Origin: Gemmatimonadota bacterium | GTDB lineage: Bacteria; Gemmatimonadota; Gemmatimonadetes; Gemmatimonadales; Gemmatimonadaceae | NCBI GenBank assembly: GCA_947463135.1 | Contig: CANHTA010000001.1 | Coordinates: 44,332-108,331, forward strand | Reading direction: 5' to 3' | Length of the DNA stretch: 64,000 bases | Shown here: piece by piece, positions 27,940-37,604 of the stretch | Layout of the letters: every line of letters begins with the position of its first letter | Position numbering within the stretch: the stretch's first letter is position 1 | Notes under the pieces: model-generated | The model's input: only the letters and a program-made list of their open reading frames with translations | Database searches by the model: none | Told to the model about the DNA's origin: nothing | Made by a program: the position numbers and the translations under genes

Positions 27940-29318
27940 CCACGCCTGCGAGTCATCCGTTGCCGCTCGATGCGCTCTTTCTTCCGGCTGGCGTGACGGG
28001 GTTGCCGATGCACGCGGAGCAGAGTGTGCAGCGATGTGCTGCCTGTGCACAGCTGCTGTCGCCCCTCGACGCGGCCCCCGACTGTCCGCGGTGCGGGGGG
28101 CTTCTGGAGATCATTCATGCACCGCCGCGCGACGCAGGTGGTGCCACCCTCTCGGCAACGGCTATCAAACAGCAGTTCGAGCAGCACTGCTGTGCGCGTC
28201 CGTTGGGGCATGCCTCAGGCGTGTGGCGCTTCGAGTCGCTGGTGATGCCGGGGGCTGGTCCATCCATCGTCAGTCATCCTGAGGGGAACACCCCGCTGTT
28301 GTCGCGCGCGGCGATCTCGCGCTACACCGGTTGCGAGGGCCTGCTCATCAAGCATGAGGGGCACAATCCTACGGGATCGTTCAAAGACCGCGGCATGACG
28401 GTGGGCACCACGCAGGCGGTGCGCATCGGCGCGCGCGCGGTGGCGTGCGCCAGCACGGGCAACACCTCGGCGGCCCTCGCGTCGTATGCGGCACAGGCCG
28501 GTATCCCGGGACTCGTGTTTGTTCCTGCCGGGAAGATTGCGCTGGGAAAGTTGGCGCAAACACTCGCGTACGGGGCGCGTACGCTGCTGGTCAAGGGGGA
28601 CTTCGATGCTTGCTTAAAGTTGGTGCAGCAGGCGTCGCGGGAGCTTGGCATTTATCTGCTGAATTCCATCAATCCATGGCGTGTGGAAGGGCAGAAAACC
28701 ATTGTGTTTGAGCTGTTGCAGCAGTTGGGATGGAACGCCCCGGATTTTATCGTGCTCCCTGCGGGGAATCTGGGAAACACGGCCGCCTTCGGTAAGGCGC
28801 TACGGGAAGCGAACGCGCTTGGGCTTATCACCAAGATGCCGCGCCTGGTGAGTGTGCAGGCGGCGGGGGCGGCCCCGTTTGCCCGTGCCTTTCGGGAGGA
28901 TTTTGCTGCCCGCTATACGGTGCAAGCCGAAACCATTGCAACCGCGATTCGCATTGGTGACCCGGCGTCGTGGGATCGCGCCGTGCGTGCCATTCGCGAA
29001 ACGAATGGCATCGTAATCACGGCGGACGACCAGGCCATCATCGATGCCAAGCTGACCATCGATGGTGCCGGGGTGGGGTGCGAACCGGCCAGCGCCGCGA
29101 GTGTGGCGGGGGTGCGTCAGCTGGTGCGCGATGGTATCATCGGCACTCATGACACCGTCGTGGCGGTGTTAACTGGACACGTACTCAAGGATCCCGGCAT
29201 GCTCGTGGAATTGCACCAACGTGATGACGAGGTGCGGGCCAATCGCCCGATCGAAATCGAGCCGTCGGTTCGCGCCGTAGACGCGGTGTTGCGCGAGATG
29301 CACGGGAGCATGTCGTGA
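27936..29318 (+). CDS. thrC: threonine synthase
   Basis: N-terminal CxxC...CxxC. Motifs HNPTGSFKDRG, CASTGNTSAA, NSINPWR and PAGNLGN. Confidence 0.92.
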   Translation: MTTPASHPLPLDALFLPAGVTGLPMHAEQSVQRCAACAQLLSPLDAAPDCPRCGGLLEIIHAPPRDAGGATLSATAIKQQFEQHCCARPLGHASGVWRFESLVMPGAGPSIVSHPEGNTPLLSRAAISRYTGCEGLLIKHEGHNPTGSFKDRGMTVGTTQAVRIGARAVACASTGNTSAALASYAAQAGIPGLVFVPAGKIALGKLAQTLAYGARTLLVKGDFDACLKLVQQASRELGIYLLNSINPWRVEGQKTIVFELLQQLGWNAPDFIVLPAGNLGNTAAFGKALREANALGLITKMPRLVSVQAAGAAPFARAFREDFAARYTVQAETIATAIRIGDPASWDRAVRAIRETNGIVITADDQAIIDAKLTIDGAGVGCEPASAASVAGVRQLVRDGIIGTHDTVVAVLTGHVLKDPGMLVELHQRDDEVRANRPIEIEPSVRAVDAVLREMHGSMS

Positions 29319-30055
29319 GCGCCATGGTCTCCCCGCGCCGCACGTTAATCACCGGCGCCGCTCGCCCATTTGGCGTGGAACTGGTGCGGCAGTGTCTCCT
29401 GCGCGGTGATACGGTGTACGCGGCAGCGCGAAATCCCGCGCGGGTGCCGGTGCTCGCGGACTTGCGCGCAGAGTTTGGCGGCTTGGAGCTGCTGGCGCTC
29501 GATCCCGCCGATCCGTCACTCGTAGCCGACGCCGTACCCGTGCTGGAGGGACTCACCGACAGGCTGGATCAGCTCATCATTGCGCCCGCCGAGCCGGGCC
29601 AGCATGAGAAGCTGGCCGACCTCGAGCGCGACGAAACACTCTCCACACTATCCGGCACCGGATTGGCCGAGCACTATCGTCGGCATGCCGTGGCGCCGTT
29701 GCTGCTGGTACGCACGTTGTTACCATTTTTGGCGAACCGCGAAGGCGCGCGTGTGCTGGTGGTGAGCAGTTGGCTCGGCTCCCTCAGCGGCAAAACCCAA
29801 GGCGGAGATTACGCCACCTGCGCCAGCAGTGCGGCCTTGCACATGCACATGCGGGCGCTCGCGCATGACCTCAGCGACCAGCGGATCGTGCTCCTGTTGG
29901 GCAACCCCGGGCACTTCGCAACCACCCCGGATGGGCCGGCGTTCCGTGTGCCCATTGATGAAGCGGCGATGGGGCTGTTGAGTCAGATGGAGCGGTTGCC
30001 GCGCGAGAAATCCGGAAGCTTTCTGGATTGGACCGGCGCGGAACGGGCCTGGTAA
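29315..30055 (+). CDS. CsgA-like short-chain dehydrogenase/reductase with degenerate active site
   Basis: SDR fold cues (LITG, VSSWLGS, GSFLDWTG..W) are present. The GxxxGxG motif reads GAARPFG and the YxxxK segment reads YATCASSAAL. Confidence 0.75.
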   Translation: MSAMVSPRRTLITGAARPFGVELVRQCLLRGDTVYAAARNPARVPVLADLRAEFGGLELLALDPADPSLVADAVPVLEGLTDRLDQLIIAPAEPGQHEKLADLERDETLSTLSGTGLAEHYRRHAVAPLLLVRTLLPFLANREGARVLVVSSWLGSLSGKTQGGDYATCASSAALHMHMRALAHDLSDQRIVLLLGNPGHFATTPDGPAFRVPIDEAAMGLLSQMERLPREKSGSFLDWTGAERAW

Positions 30056-30065
30056 TCGTGCAACG

Positions 30066-30104
30066 AGACAGGGCGGCCGGCGTTATTGCCCGGCCGCCCT
30101 GTCT
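30066..30104. terminator. bidirectional hairpin terminator between convergent genes
   Basis: 15-bp perfect stem: agacagggcggccgg (30066-30080) with ccggccgccctgtct (30090-30104). Confidence 0.8.
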
Positions 30105-30126
30105 TGTACAACGCCCGCAGAATGGG

Positions 30127-31548
30127 TTAGGCGGGCGCCTCACTGGTCGCGTGCCAGTTCGCATACAGGTCGCCAACATGCACGACGTCGTAACCATGGC
30201 GCTCTAACAGCGCCACGGCGTGCGCCGCGCGCGCACCGCTTGCGCAGTGTACCAACACCGGCTGGTCGCGGGGGATTTCGGCGAGGCGGACGAGAAGCCG
30301 AGGGTGCGCAATGTTGAGCGCGCCGGGAATATGCGACGCGTCGTAGTCCACCTTGCCACGGACATCCAGCACCCGCACGTTGCCCGCCTTACGTCGCGCG
30401 CCAAGCGCGGCCATGTCGATGGACGCAATGCGCGCGGCGTTGCCACTCTCGCGTAGGTACGCCGTCAGTTCGTCAGGGGTCACGTACCCGCGGATATCGT
30501 CCAGGCCGATGCGGATGAGGCTGCGCACGGCTCCGTCCAGTTGGTCGGGGGCAATAACCAGATAGATCGGCACGTTCTCCTCCACGTAGGAGCCCGCGAT
30601 GGTGACGAACTGAAAGTCGAGCTCGCACAACAGCGACTTGGGCAAATGCGCGGCGAGAAATGCGGTGCGCGGGCGTGTATCGAGCACCGCGACATCGCTC
30701 CGACCTCCCAGCGTTCCCAGTTCCGCAACCGGTAGATGGGGAACGGTTGGGACGTTGCCGATAACACGCGGCCCCACTCGATTGTCGCGCTTCATGCGGG
30801 CGAAGTACATCGGCGGCTCTGGCTGGCCACTGAGGATGTAGTCCACAAACGCGTCCTCGGAGGTGGCCGCTTGCACCGCGGGATTGAAGCGCCGCTCGTA
30901 GCCCACCGTTGACGTAGGGACATCCCCAAGCGACTTCCCGCAGGCGCTCCCCGCACCGTGGGCTGGCCAGATCTGGGCGTGCTCCGGTAGGGCGTGCAAA
31001 ACGCTGAGCGAGTGAAACAGCTGCCGTGCACTGGGCTCCATCGCGCCAACGGCACCAGCCGCTTGCTCCAGCAGATCGGGGCGCCCCAGATCTCCAACAA
31101 AGACGAAGTCGCCGGTGATCACGCCGATGGGTTCGTTGGCGCCACTCCCGTGATCCACCACAGTGTAGCAGACGTGCTCTGGCGTGTGACCGGGCGTATG
31201 CAGCACGGTGAAACCGATGTTCCCCACCCGGAACTGATCGCCGTGATGCACCAGCTGATGCGGGTAGGTGGATCCGATCAGCCACTCATAGCGCCAATCA
31301 TCGCCCCCCTCACCGCTGGCGTACACCGTGATACCGCGCTCCGCAAACTCCCGCAGCCCCGACAGGTAGTCGGCATGAATGTGCGTATCGGCCGCCGCCA
31401 CAATCCGCAGCTTATGGCGCGCTGCCAGCTCGAGATAGCGATCGATGTCGCGTTCGGGGTCGAACAGAATCGCCTCCCCCGTGCGCGGGCACCCGATCAG
31501 GTACGCGTACTGGGCGAGCGTTGGATCAACGACTTGGCGGACCAGCAT
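30127..31548 (-). CDS. MBL-fold hydrolase with tandem rhodanese domains (persulfide dioxygenase/sulfurtransferase, CstB/Blh-like)
   Basis: Motifs THIHADY, HTPGHTPEH, GDFVFVGDLGRPDL and PAHGAGSACGK. C-terminal rhodanese loop HCASGAR. GAGG upstream of ATG 31548. Confidence 0.88.
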   Translation of the reverse strand: MLVRQVVDPTLAQYAYLIGCPRTGEAILFDPERDIDRYLELAARHKLRIVAAADTHIHADYLSGLREFAERGITVYASGEGGDDWRYEWLIGSTYPHQLVHHGDQFRVGNIGFTVLHTPGHTPEHVCYTVVDHGSGANEPIGVITGDFVFVGDLGRPDLLEQAAGAVGAMEPSARQLFHSLSVLHALPEHAQIWPAHGAGSACGKSLGDVPTSTVGYERRFNPAVQAATSEDAFVDYILSGQPEPPMYFARMKRDNRVGPRVIGNVPTVPHLPVAELGTLGGRSDVAVLDTRPRTAFLAAHLPKSLLCELDFQFVTIAGSYVEENVPIYLVIAPDQLDGAVRSLIRIGLDDIRGYVTPDELTAYLRESGNAARIASIDMAALGARRKAGNVRVLDVRGKVDYDASHIPGALNIAHPRLLVRLAEIPRDQPVLVHCASGARAAHAVALLERHGYDVVHVGDLYANWHATSEAPA

Positions 31549-31695
31549 ACCACACCTCACGAGCGGGGGACGCGGACGGCTGCCGACGATGCCATCCTGA
31601 TTTATCAAGATATACTAGTATGCACATATTACAAAGCCCTGACCGGGTCGGCCGTCACGCCGATGCGGGCGGAGCGCAACAACCGAGCTGGTCCA

Positions 31696-32256
31696 TCAGC
31701 TGCGGTTTCGGTTTTCCAGCCGCGGCGGCATACGAGGCGTAAGCCGCTGCAGTGCGCATTGCCCCAATACCCGGCGCGGACTGTCTTCCCCGCCGGCAAA
31801 CGCGCGTAGGAAGCGTTGTTGAGCCGCCGGCTCCCACAGTGAGATCAACGGCTCGATCTGCTGCGTTGCGGGATGCGCGTAGGTCACCGCTTCCACCGTC
31901 GGGGAGCGTGCATCCACCAAACCTTGCAGGTCTTGTGCCTCGAGCCACGGATAGTCACAGCCCAGCACAAGCCACGCTACCCAGTCCCCCCGCGAAAACG
32001 CGGCGTGTAAGCCGCTGGCCGGCCCATGCCCGGGTACCACGTCGTGAATCGCCCGGTCGCCCAGCTCCCACTCCTCCGCCTGTTGCGCATGGCACGACCA
32101 GAACGGCTCAACGCCACAGGCGGCGAGCAGCGCGCCTGCATGCTGCCACTGGGGGGCATGGTGATACACGATACTCGCTTTGTCGCGACCCATGCGCGAA
32201 CTCTGTCCCCCCGTGAGCACCAACCCCACCAGCGGCGCCAGCGGTGTCTCAGGCAT
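31696..32256 (-). CDS. mobA: molybdenum cofactor guanylyltransferase
   Basis: Motifs LVLTGGQSSRMGRDKA, GPASGL, LGCDYP and EPL..LW. Confidence 0.85.
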   Translation of the reverse strand: MPETPLAPLVGLVLTGGQSSRMGRDKASIVYHHAPQWQHAGALLAACGVEPFWSCHAQQAEEWELGDRAIHDVVPGHGPASGLHAAFSRGDWVAWLVLGCDYPWLEAQDLQGLVDARSPTVEAVTYAHPATQQIEPLISLWEPAAQQRFLRAFAGGEDSPRRVLGQCALQRLTPRMPPRLENRNRS

Positions 32257-34561
32257 CGTGGTGGGCGGTGACGCCCACCCGCTCCATGGTGATGATTACC
32301 GATTTCGAGGTGGGTGTTCGGCTTCCGGTGGCCACGCTTTCAATGGGGACCAGCACATTCGTCTCGGGAAAGTACGTGGCGGCACAGCCGACCGGGATAG
32401 CGTAGGTCACGATGCGGAAATTCCGTGCGCGGCGCTGCTGCCCACGAAAGTGGCTGACTAAGTCAACCGTGTCACCGTCCACGAATCCCTGCGCCGCGAT
32501 GTCGTCCGCATTGAGCAGCACCACCCGACGGCCCTGACTGATGCCGCGGTAGCGGTCATCGAGCCCGTAGATCGTGGTGTTGAATTGATCGTGCGTGCGG
32601 ATGGTCATCATGACCAGCTGACCGGGCTCCAGGGAGAAGCGCGGAATGGGATGAATCATGAACCGGGCCCGCCCGCTGGCGGTGGCAAACTCACGCCGGT
32701 CGCGCACGGCATGGGGCAGGGCAAACCCACTCCGTTCACGGACCCGCCGGTTGAGGTCGTCAAAACCGGGAATCACACGGGCGATGCGGTCCCGAATGGT
32801 GTCGTAGTTCGCAATGAAGCCACGCCAGTCCACGCCAAGCGTGGCCTGCGCCATCCCCGCCACAATCGCCGGTTCGCTGCGGAGCTGCTCGGACGCCGGC
32901 GCCAGATGCCCATGCGATCCGTGCACAATCCCCATGGAGTCCTCCACCGTAACAAACTGCGCGCCACTGGCTTGCAGATCGCGCTCCGTGCGTCCGAGGC
33001 AGGGGAGGATCAGGGCATGCTCACCCGTAATGAGATGCGATCGGTTCAGTTTGGTGGAGACCTGCACCGTGAGGCGACAGCGCTGCAGCGCCTGTGCGGT
33101 GAAGGCGGTATCCGGCGTGGCCGATAAAAAGTTACCGCCGAGGGCGATAAACACCCGCGCGCGTTGCTCGTGCATGGCGTGAATGGCATGCACCACATCA
33201 AAGCCGTGCGCGGCGGGCGGTGTAAAGTCGAATTCCGCACCCAGCCGACTGAGGAACGAGGCGGTGGGCCGCTCCCAGATGCCCATGGTGCGGTCACCCT
33301 GCACGTTGCTGTGCCCACGCACGGGGCAGGCGCCCGCTCCGGGTTTCCCCACATGGCCACCCAGCAGCAACAGATTCACGATCTCTTGCACGTTGGCCAC
33401 GGCATTCTCGTGCTGCGTGACGCCCATTGCCCAGCAACAGATCATCGCCCTCGAGGACGCAATGATGGCGGCCAGTTCGCGAATCCGCGTTTCGGCAATC
33501 CCGGAGCTGGCGGTAATGTCCGGCCACGACGCGGCGGCCAGATCCTCGGCATACGCCGAAAAGCCATCCGTGTGGTCCATGATAAAGGCGCGGTCGATGC
33601 GGTCTGCGTGAGACTCAAGCATGGCTTTCTGAATGCCCTTCAAGAGTGCCACATCGCCATTGATGCGCACCGGCACATAGTCGGTGGCGAGCGCCGTACC
33701 GGCGCCCAGCATCCCGGAAACTTCCTGCGGATGCCGGAAGCGCTTCAGCCCTGATTCCTCCAGCGGATTGATGCTCACAATGCGGCACCCGCGCCGTGCG
33801 GCGCGTTGCAGCGTGGAGAGCATGCGCGGATGATTCGTTCCGGGGTTCTGACCGATCACCAAAATGCAATCGGCCAGATCAAAGTCGGCGAGGGACACGG
33901 AGCCTTTGCCCGTGCCAAGCGACTCGAGCATGCCAACGCCACTGGACTCGTGGCACATGTTGGAGCAGTCGGGCAGGTTGTTGGTACCGAATTGCCGGAC
34001 AAACAGCTGATAAAGAAAGGCGGCCTCATTGCTGGTGCGCCCCGACGTGTAAAACACGGCGTCATTGGGCGAGGCCAGCGCGTTGAGTTCGCGGCCGATC
34101 AGCGCAAACGCCGCATCCCATGTGATGGGCTCGTAGTGTGTGCCGCCGGGCGGGAGGTACATCGGCTCCGTCAGACGGCCACGCTTGCCCAGCCAGTAGT
34201 CGCTCTGTTCAGCCAGCTCGGCCACCGAGTGTTCCGCGAAGAACGCGGCGGTGATCCGTTCCGTGGTCGCCTCCTCGGCCACCGCCTTCGCCCCGTTTTC
34301 ACAAAACTCAAAGCGGGATCGCTCGCCTTCAGGGTCTGGCCAGGCACACCCCGGGCAGTCAAACCCTGCGGTCTGATTGAGGTCGAGCAGCGAGGTGACC
34401 GTGCGGGCCACACCCATCTGCTTCACCGCCATCGTGAGCGCAACCGCAACCGATGGCACGCCGCCGGCATACGACGACGGCGGCCCGATACGGATCGCGT
34501 CGTCGAGAACTTCGGGGCTCAGGTGCGACGGGTTGCCGTGATGCTGGTGCTCTTCGCTCAT
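32249..34561 (-). CDS. FdhF/YdeP family molybdopterin oxidoreductase
   Basis: Motifs FDCPGCAWPD, FEFCENGAKA, YTSGRTSNEAAF, NLPDCSNMCHES, RGHSNVQGDRTMG and RTHDQFNTTIY. Confidence 0.93.
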   Translation of the reverse strand: MSEEHQHHGNPSHLSPEVLDDAIRIGPPSSYAGGVPSVAVALTMAVKQMGVARTVTSLLDLNQTAGFDCPGCAWPDPEGERSRFEFCENGAKAVAEEATTERITAAFFAEHSVAELAEQSDYWLGKRGRLTEPMYLPPGGTHYEPITWDAAFALIGRELNALASPNDAVFYTSGRTSNEAAFLYQLFVRQFGTNNLPDCSNMCHESSGVGMLESLGTGKGSVSLADFDLADCILVIGQNPGTNHPRMLSTLQRAARRGCRIVSINPLEESGLKRFRHPQEVSGMLGAGTALATDYVPVRINGDVALLKGIQKAMLESHADRIDRAFIMDHTDGFSAYAEDLAAASWPDITASSGIAETRIRELAAIIASSRAMICCWAMGVTQHENAVANVQEIVNLLLLGGHVGKPGAGACPVRGHSNVQGDRTMGIWERPTASFLSRLGAEFDFTPPAAHGFDVVHAIHAMHEQRARVFIALGGNFLSATPDTAFTAQALQRCRLTVQVSTKLNRSHLITGEHALILPCLGRTERDLQASGAQFVTVEDSMGIVHGSHGHLAPASEQLRSEPAIVAGMAQATLGVDWRGFIANYDTIRDRIARVIPGFDDLNRRVRERSGFALPHAVRDRREFATASGRARFMIHPIPRFSLEPGQLVMMTIRTHDQFNTTIYGLDDRYRGISQGRRVVLLNADDIAAQGFVDGDTVDLVSHFRGQQRRARNFRIVTYAIPVGCAATYFPETNVLVPIESVATGSRTPTSKSVIITMERVGVTAHHDA

Positions 34562-35385
34562 GGTGTGTCTCCACGTAGACGCCACGTGCCACTGTACGCG
34601 TTGCAACGGTCATCGCGCACAAACCCGACGAGTGTGAGATCGAATTGCTGCGCGAGTTCCACCGCCAGACTCGATGGGGCCCCCACGGCGGCGATCATCG
34701 GAATACCCGCAGCCAGTGCCTTTTGCACGAGTTCAAAGCTGGCGCGTCCACTGAGAAACAGCAGTCGCTCGGACAACGGGGTGCACCCCTGCAGAAACTG
34801 GGCACCCAGCAATTTGTCGACGGCGTTGTGCCGCCCCACGTCTTCGCGAAGGGCGACGAGGTCACCCTGTTCGTTGAAGAGCGCGGCGGCGTGAAGCCCA
34901 CCGGTGCGGTCAAACACGGTTTGTTGCGCGCGCAACGCACCGGAAAGATGCGGCAGCGTTCGCACATCCATGGTGAACCCGTCGCGCATCACGCGCGTCA
35001 GCCCCGGCACGTTGAGGGCGTCCAGCGAAGCCTTGCCGCACACGCCGCAACTGGAGGTGGCATAGAAGTGCCGCTCAATCGTGGGCCACGCCACGCGGGC
35101 GTGGTCCGCCAGGTGGATCGTGACGACGTGGTCGCTGTCCTGCGTAATGGACGTGAGGTCGTGCGCCTGCCGCACGAGCCCTTCGGTGAACAGAAAGCCG
35201 GCCGCGAGTTCACGGTCGTGCCCCGGCGTCCGCATGGTAATCGAGAGGCTCCGCGTCCCGCGCGTGATCCCATCGGTGGCGTCGAGCCGGATCTCCAGCG
35301 GCTCCTCCAGGGCAACGCAATCGAGCGTGTCGCTCGATGTGCCGCCGTCGAAACGGGTGATCGCAACCTCGCGGCTCTGTGACAT
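34558..35385 (-). CDS. fdhD: formate dehydrogenase accessory sulfurtransferase
   Basis: Motifs EEPLEI, TMRTPG.D.ELAAGFL, SSCGVCGK, TGGLHAAALF, EDVGRHNAVDK and SGRASFELVQK. Confidence 0.93.
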   Translation of the reverse strand: MSQSREVAITRFDGGTSSDTLDCVALEEPLEIRLDATDGITRGTRSLSITMRTPGHDRELAAGFLFTEGLVRQAHDLTSITQDSDHVVTIHLADHARVAWPTIERHFYATSSCGVCGKASLDALNVPGLTRVMRDGFTMDVRTLPHLSGALRAQQTVFDRTGGLHAAALFNEQGDLVALREDVGRHNAVDKLLGAQFLQGCTPLSERLLFLSGRASFELVQKALAAGIPMIAAVGAPSSLAVELAQQFDLTLVGFVRDDRCNAYSGTWRLRGDTP

Positions 35386-35395
35386 GAGCAGGCGC

Positions 35396-36127
35396 CTACT
35401 TGAGCGCGCGAATCTTGATGTTGCGCATAGATAGCTCGCCGTTATGATCGCCCTGAATGGCAATATGCCCGCGCTTGGCCATCCCAAACTCCGTGTACGG
35501 GGCAAACTTCAGCGGCTTCTTCCCCGGATCATTCGGATCACCACGCAGGATGCGCACCCATTCGGGCGACCAGAGTTCGTATTGCGCAATGAGGGTGCCG
35601 TTCAGCCAGTGTTCCACATGCGGGCCCTTGGCCACAATGCGTGTATGGTTCCACTCACCCGCCGCATGCACCACACCCCGCTTCGATGGATAGAAACCAT
35701 ACACCGCGGCCACCGAGGTCATGAGGTTGCGACTGTCGGGGGTGAGTGAATCCTCGGCCAGTTGATACTCCGGCGCGCTCCAGTACACCTTCGTTTCCTT
35801 CTCGGTGGCGCGATAGAAGATGCCCGAGTTCCCGCGCAGTGGAAGTTTCCACTCCAGCGACAGTTCAAAGTCGCCGAACTGTTCCCGCGTAACGATGTCG
35901 TTGGTGGTTTTCACCTTCGTCATGGTGCCATTAATGGCGGTCCATTCCGGTGGCAGATCCGCCTGCTGGTAGCCGCGCCATGCCGCGAGCGACGTGCCGT
36001 CAAACAGGAGGGTCCACCCGGCTTTTCGCTCGGCCGCCGTGAGCGTGTTGGCTGGCGCGGTTTGGGCATGGGATACAGCGCTCGTCAGCACGACGAACGC
36101 GGCGACGGACAACAGGCGACGGGACAT
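35396..36127 (-). CDS. secreted DUF1080 (3-keto-disaccharide hydrolase-like) protein
   Basis: Signal peptide. Motifs GWTLLFDG.SL..W, GNSGIFYR, EYQL, GEWNHTRI and GHIAIQGDH. Confidence 0.88.
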   Translation of the reverse strand: MSRRLLSVAAFVVLTSAVSHAQTAPANTLTAAERKAGWTLLFDGTSLAAWRGYQQADLPPEWTAINGTMTKVKTTNDIVTREQFGDFELSLEWKLPLRGNSGIFYRATEKETKVYWSAPEYQLAEDSLTPDSRNLMTSVAAVYGFYPSKRGVVHAAGEWNHTRIVAKGPHVEHWLNGTLIAQYELWSPEWVRILRGDPNDPGKKPLKFAPYTEFGMAKRGHIAIQGDHNGELSMRNIKIRALK

Positions 36128-36331
36128 GGCGGGCGGTGCGACGGGGGAAACGACGGGAGCGGTAAAGATGGCTCCAACGGAGGCGCTTTCACCAGCAGCG
36201 GCACCGAGCCCCGGCGCGGGGTGTGGTAAACGGGGCAGCGTGCCGCGATCTTTGGGGCGGTAGAGGTCGGCCATGGCGCGTGCTACAGGAGCCGCCCCAT
36301 GATTCACCGCAGCGGTTGGGGTACAGGGGCT

Positions 36332-37303
36332 ATGAGCAGGATCTCGTGCGGGTTGTTTCGGGGCGGCATGGCCCTTCTGGTGGGAACGGTACTCACGGCG
36401 ATCGGTCCGACGCCGCTCACGGCACAGCGCCCTGCTCCCGCTGATCCCATCACCGCGCGCCTCATGCAGCGCTTGGGCGCATTGGCGGCCGATAGCATGG
36501 AAGGGCGCCGTGCCGGTACTGCCGGTTCAGCCCGGGCGCGGGCATGGATCGTGGCGGAACTGACCGCTATGGGCGCCAAACCCGTCGGTGCCAGCTACGC
36601 CATGCCAATTGCGCTGCGCCCAAGGGCTGGCAGTGACTCGGTGGGTGCCAACATTGTGGCTCGCATTCCCGGCAAACAGGCGACAGGACCCGTACTCGTG
36701 CTGAGCGCGCACTACGATCATCTTGGCGTGCGCAACGGGGAGGTGTTTAACGGGGCCGACGACGACGCAAGCGGCTGCGTGGCGCTCCTCACCATCGCCG
36801 AGCGATTGCTGCGCGAGCCGCCTGAGCATGATGTCCTGTTGGCATTCTTCGACGCCGAGGAGTCGGGGCTGGTGGGTGCACAGGCGTTTGTGAATGCGCC
36901 GCCGGTGCCGCTGGAGCGCGTGGCCGCGAACATCAATCTCGACATGGTGGCGCGGCAGGATGGCAAGGCGCTGTGGGTGGCGGGCACGTCGCATACCCCG
37001 CAGCTCCGGCCAGTGGCGGAACCCGTCGCGAAGCGCGCAGCGATCCCTATTCGCTTCGGGCACGATACCAAGGAGCTCAAGCCGGGCGATGACTGGACCG
37101 GGTCGTCGGACCATGCGGCGTTTCACCGCAAAGGCATTCCCTTTCTCTATCTGGGCGTTGAGGATCACGCTGACTACCACAAGTCGGGTGACGATGCCGA
37201 TAAGGTGGACCCCACCTTTTTTCGGGGCTCGGTAGAGTTTGCCTACGCCCTGGTTCGGGCCGTGGATGCCACGCTCAGCACCCTGAGGCGGTCGCCGGGG
37301 TAA
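36332..37303 (+). CDS. M28 family metallopeptidase
   Basis: Motifs DSMEGRRAGT, LSAHYDHLG, NGADDDASG, FDAEESGLVG, SDHAAF and DYHKSGD. Confidence 0.9.
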   Translation: MSRISCGLFRGGMALLVGTVLTAIGPTPLTAQRPAPADPITARLMQRLGALAADSMEGRRAGTAGSARARAWIVAELTAMGAKPVGASYAMPIALRPRAGSDSVGANIVARIPGKQATGPVLVLSAHYDHLGVRNGEVFNGADDDASGCVALLTIAERLLREPPEHDVLLAFFDAEESGLVGAQAFVNAPPVPLERVAANINLDMVARQDGKALWVAGTSHTPQLRPVAEPVAKRAAIPIRFGHDTKELKPGDDWTGSSDHAAFHRKGIPFLYLGVEDHADYHKSGDDADKVDPTFFRGSVEFAYALVRAVDATLSTLRRSPG

Positions 37304-37330
37304 GCGCGGCCATCGGTTGTACAAAACGGA

Positions 37331-37368
37331 AGAAGGGCCGCGCCGGATTTCTCCGTTGCGGCCCTTCT
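37331..37368. terminator. intrinsic terminator hairpin (U-tract on minus strand)
   Basis: agaagggccgc (37331-37341) pairs with gcggcccttct (37358-37368). The minus strand continues ttccgttttgt. Confidence 0.75.
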
Positions 37369-37410
37369 GACTCCTTGCCGGTTCGAAACGATCCCGAACC
37401 GGTAAACCCG

Positions 37411-37476
37411 TTACCGGGCGTCGATCAGGAGATCGGTTGCCCAGGACGAACCGGCAAAGGAACTATGACTAGACAA
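37411..37476 (-). CDS. small ORF, 21 aa (MSSHSSFAGSSWATDLLIDAR)
   Basis: AGGAGGTGATC (11-nt complement of the 16S 3' tail, 37489-37479) precedes TTG 37476. TAA at 37413-37411. Has its own promoter-like and terminator elements. Confidence 0.6.
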   Translation of the reverse strand: MSSHSSFAGSSWATDLLIDAR

Positions 37477-37604
37477 ATGATCACCTCCTCGAAATAGGGT
37501 GGGACTTCGGGCGTACTGATACCGAGATCCAACAGGAGCGTTCTCAGCCGCTTGGAGACTGTGAACGCGTGAACGTGGCGTGGTCGCTCCTCCGCGCCGC
37601 CTCC

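Noticed and set aside
37411-37598. 6S RNA or tmRNA identity for the small transcript
   Set aside because: The 5' and 3' ends do not form the long 6S rod, and there is no tRNA-like acceptor/CCA end or Ala-Ala tag ending.
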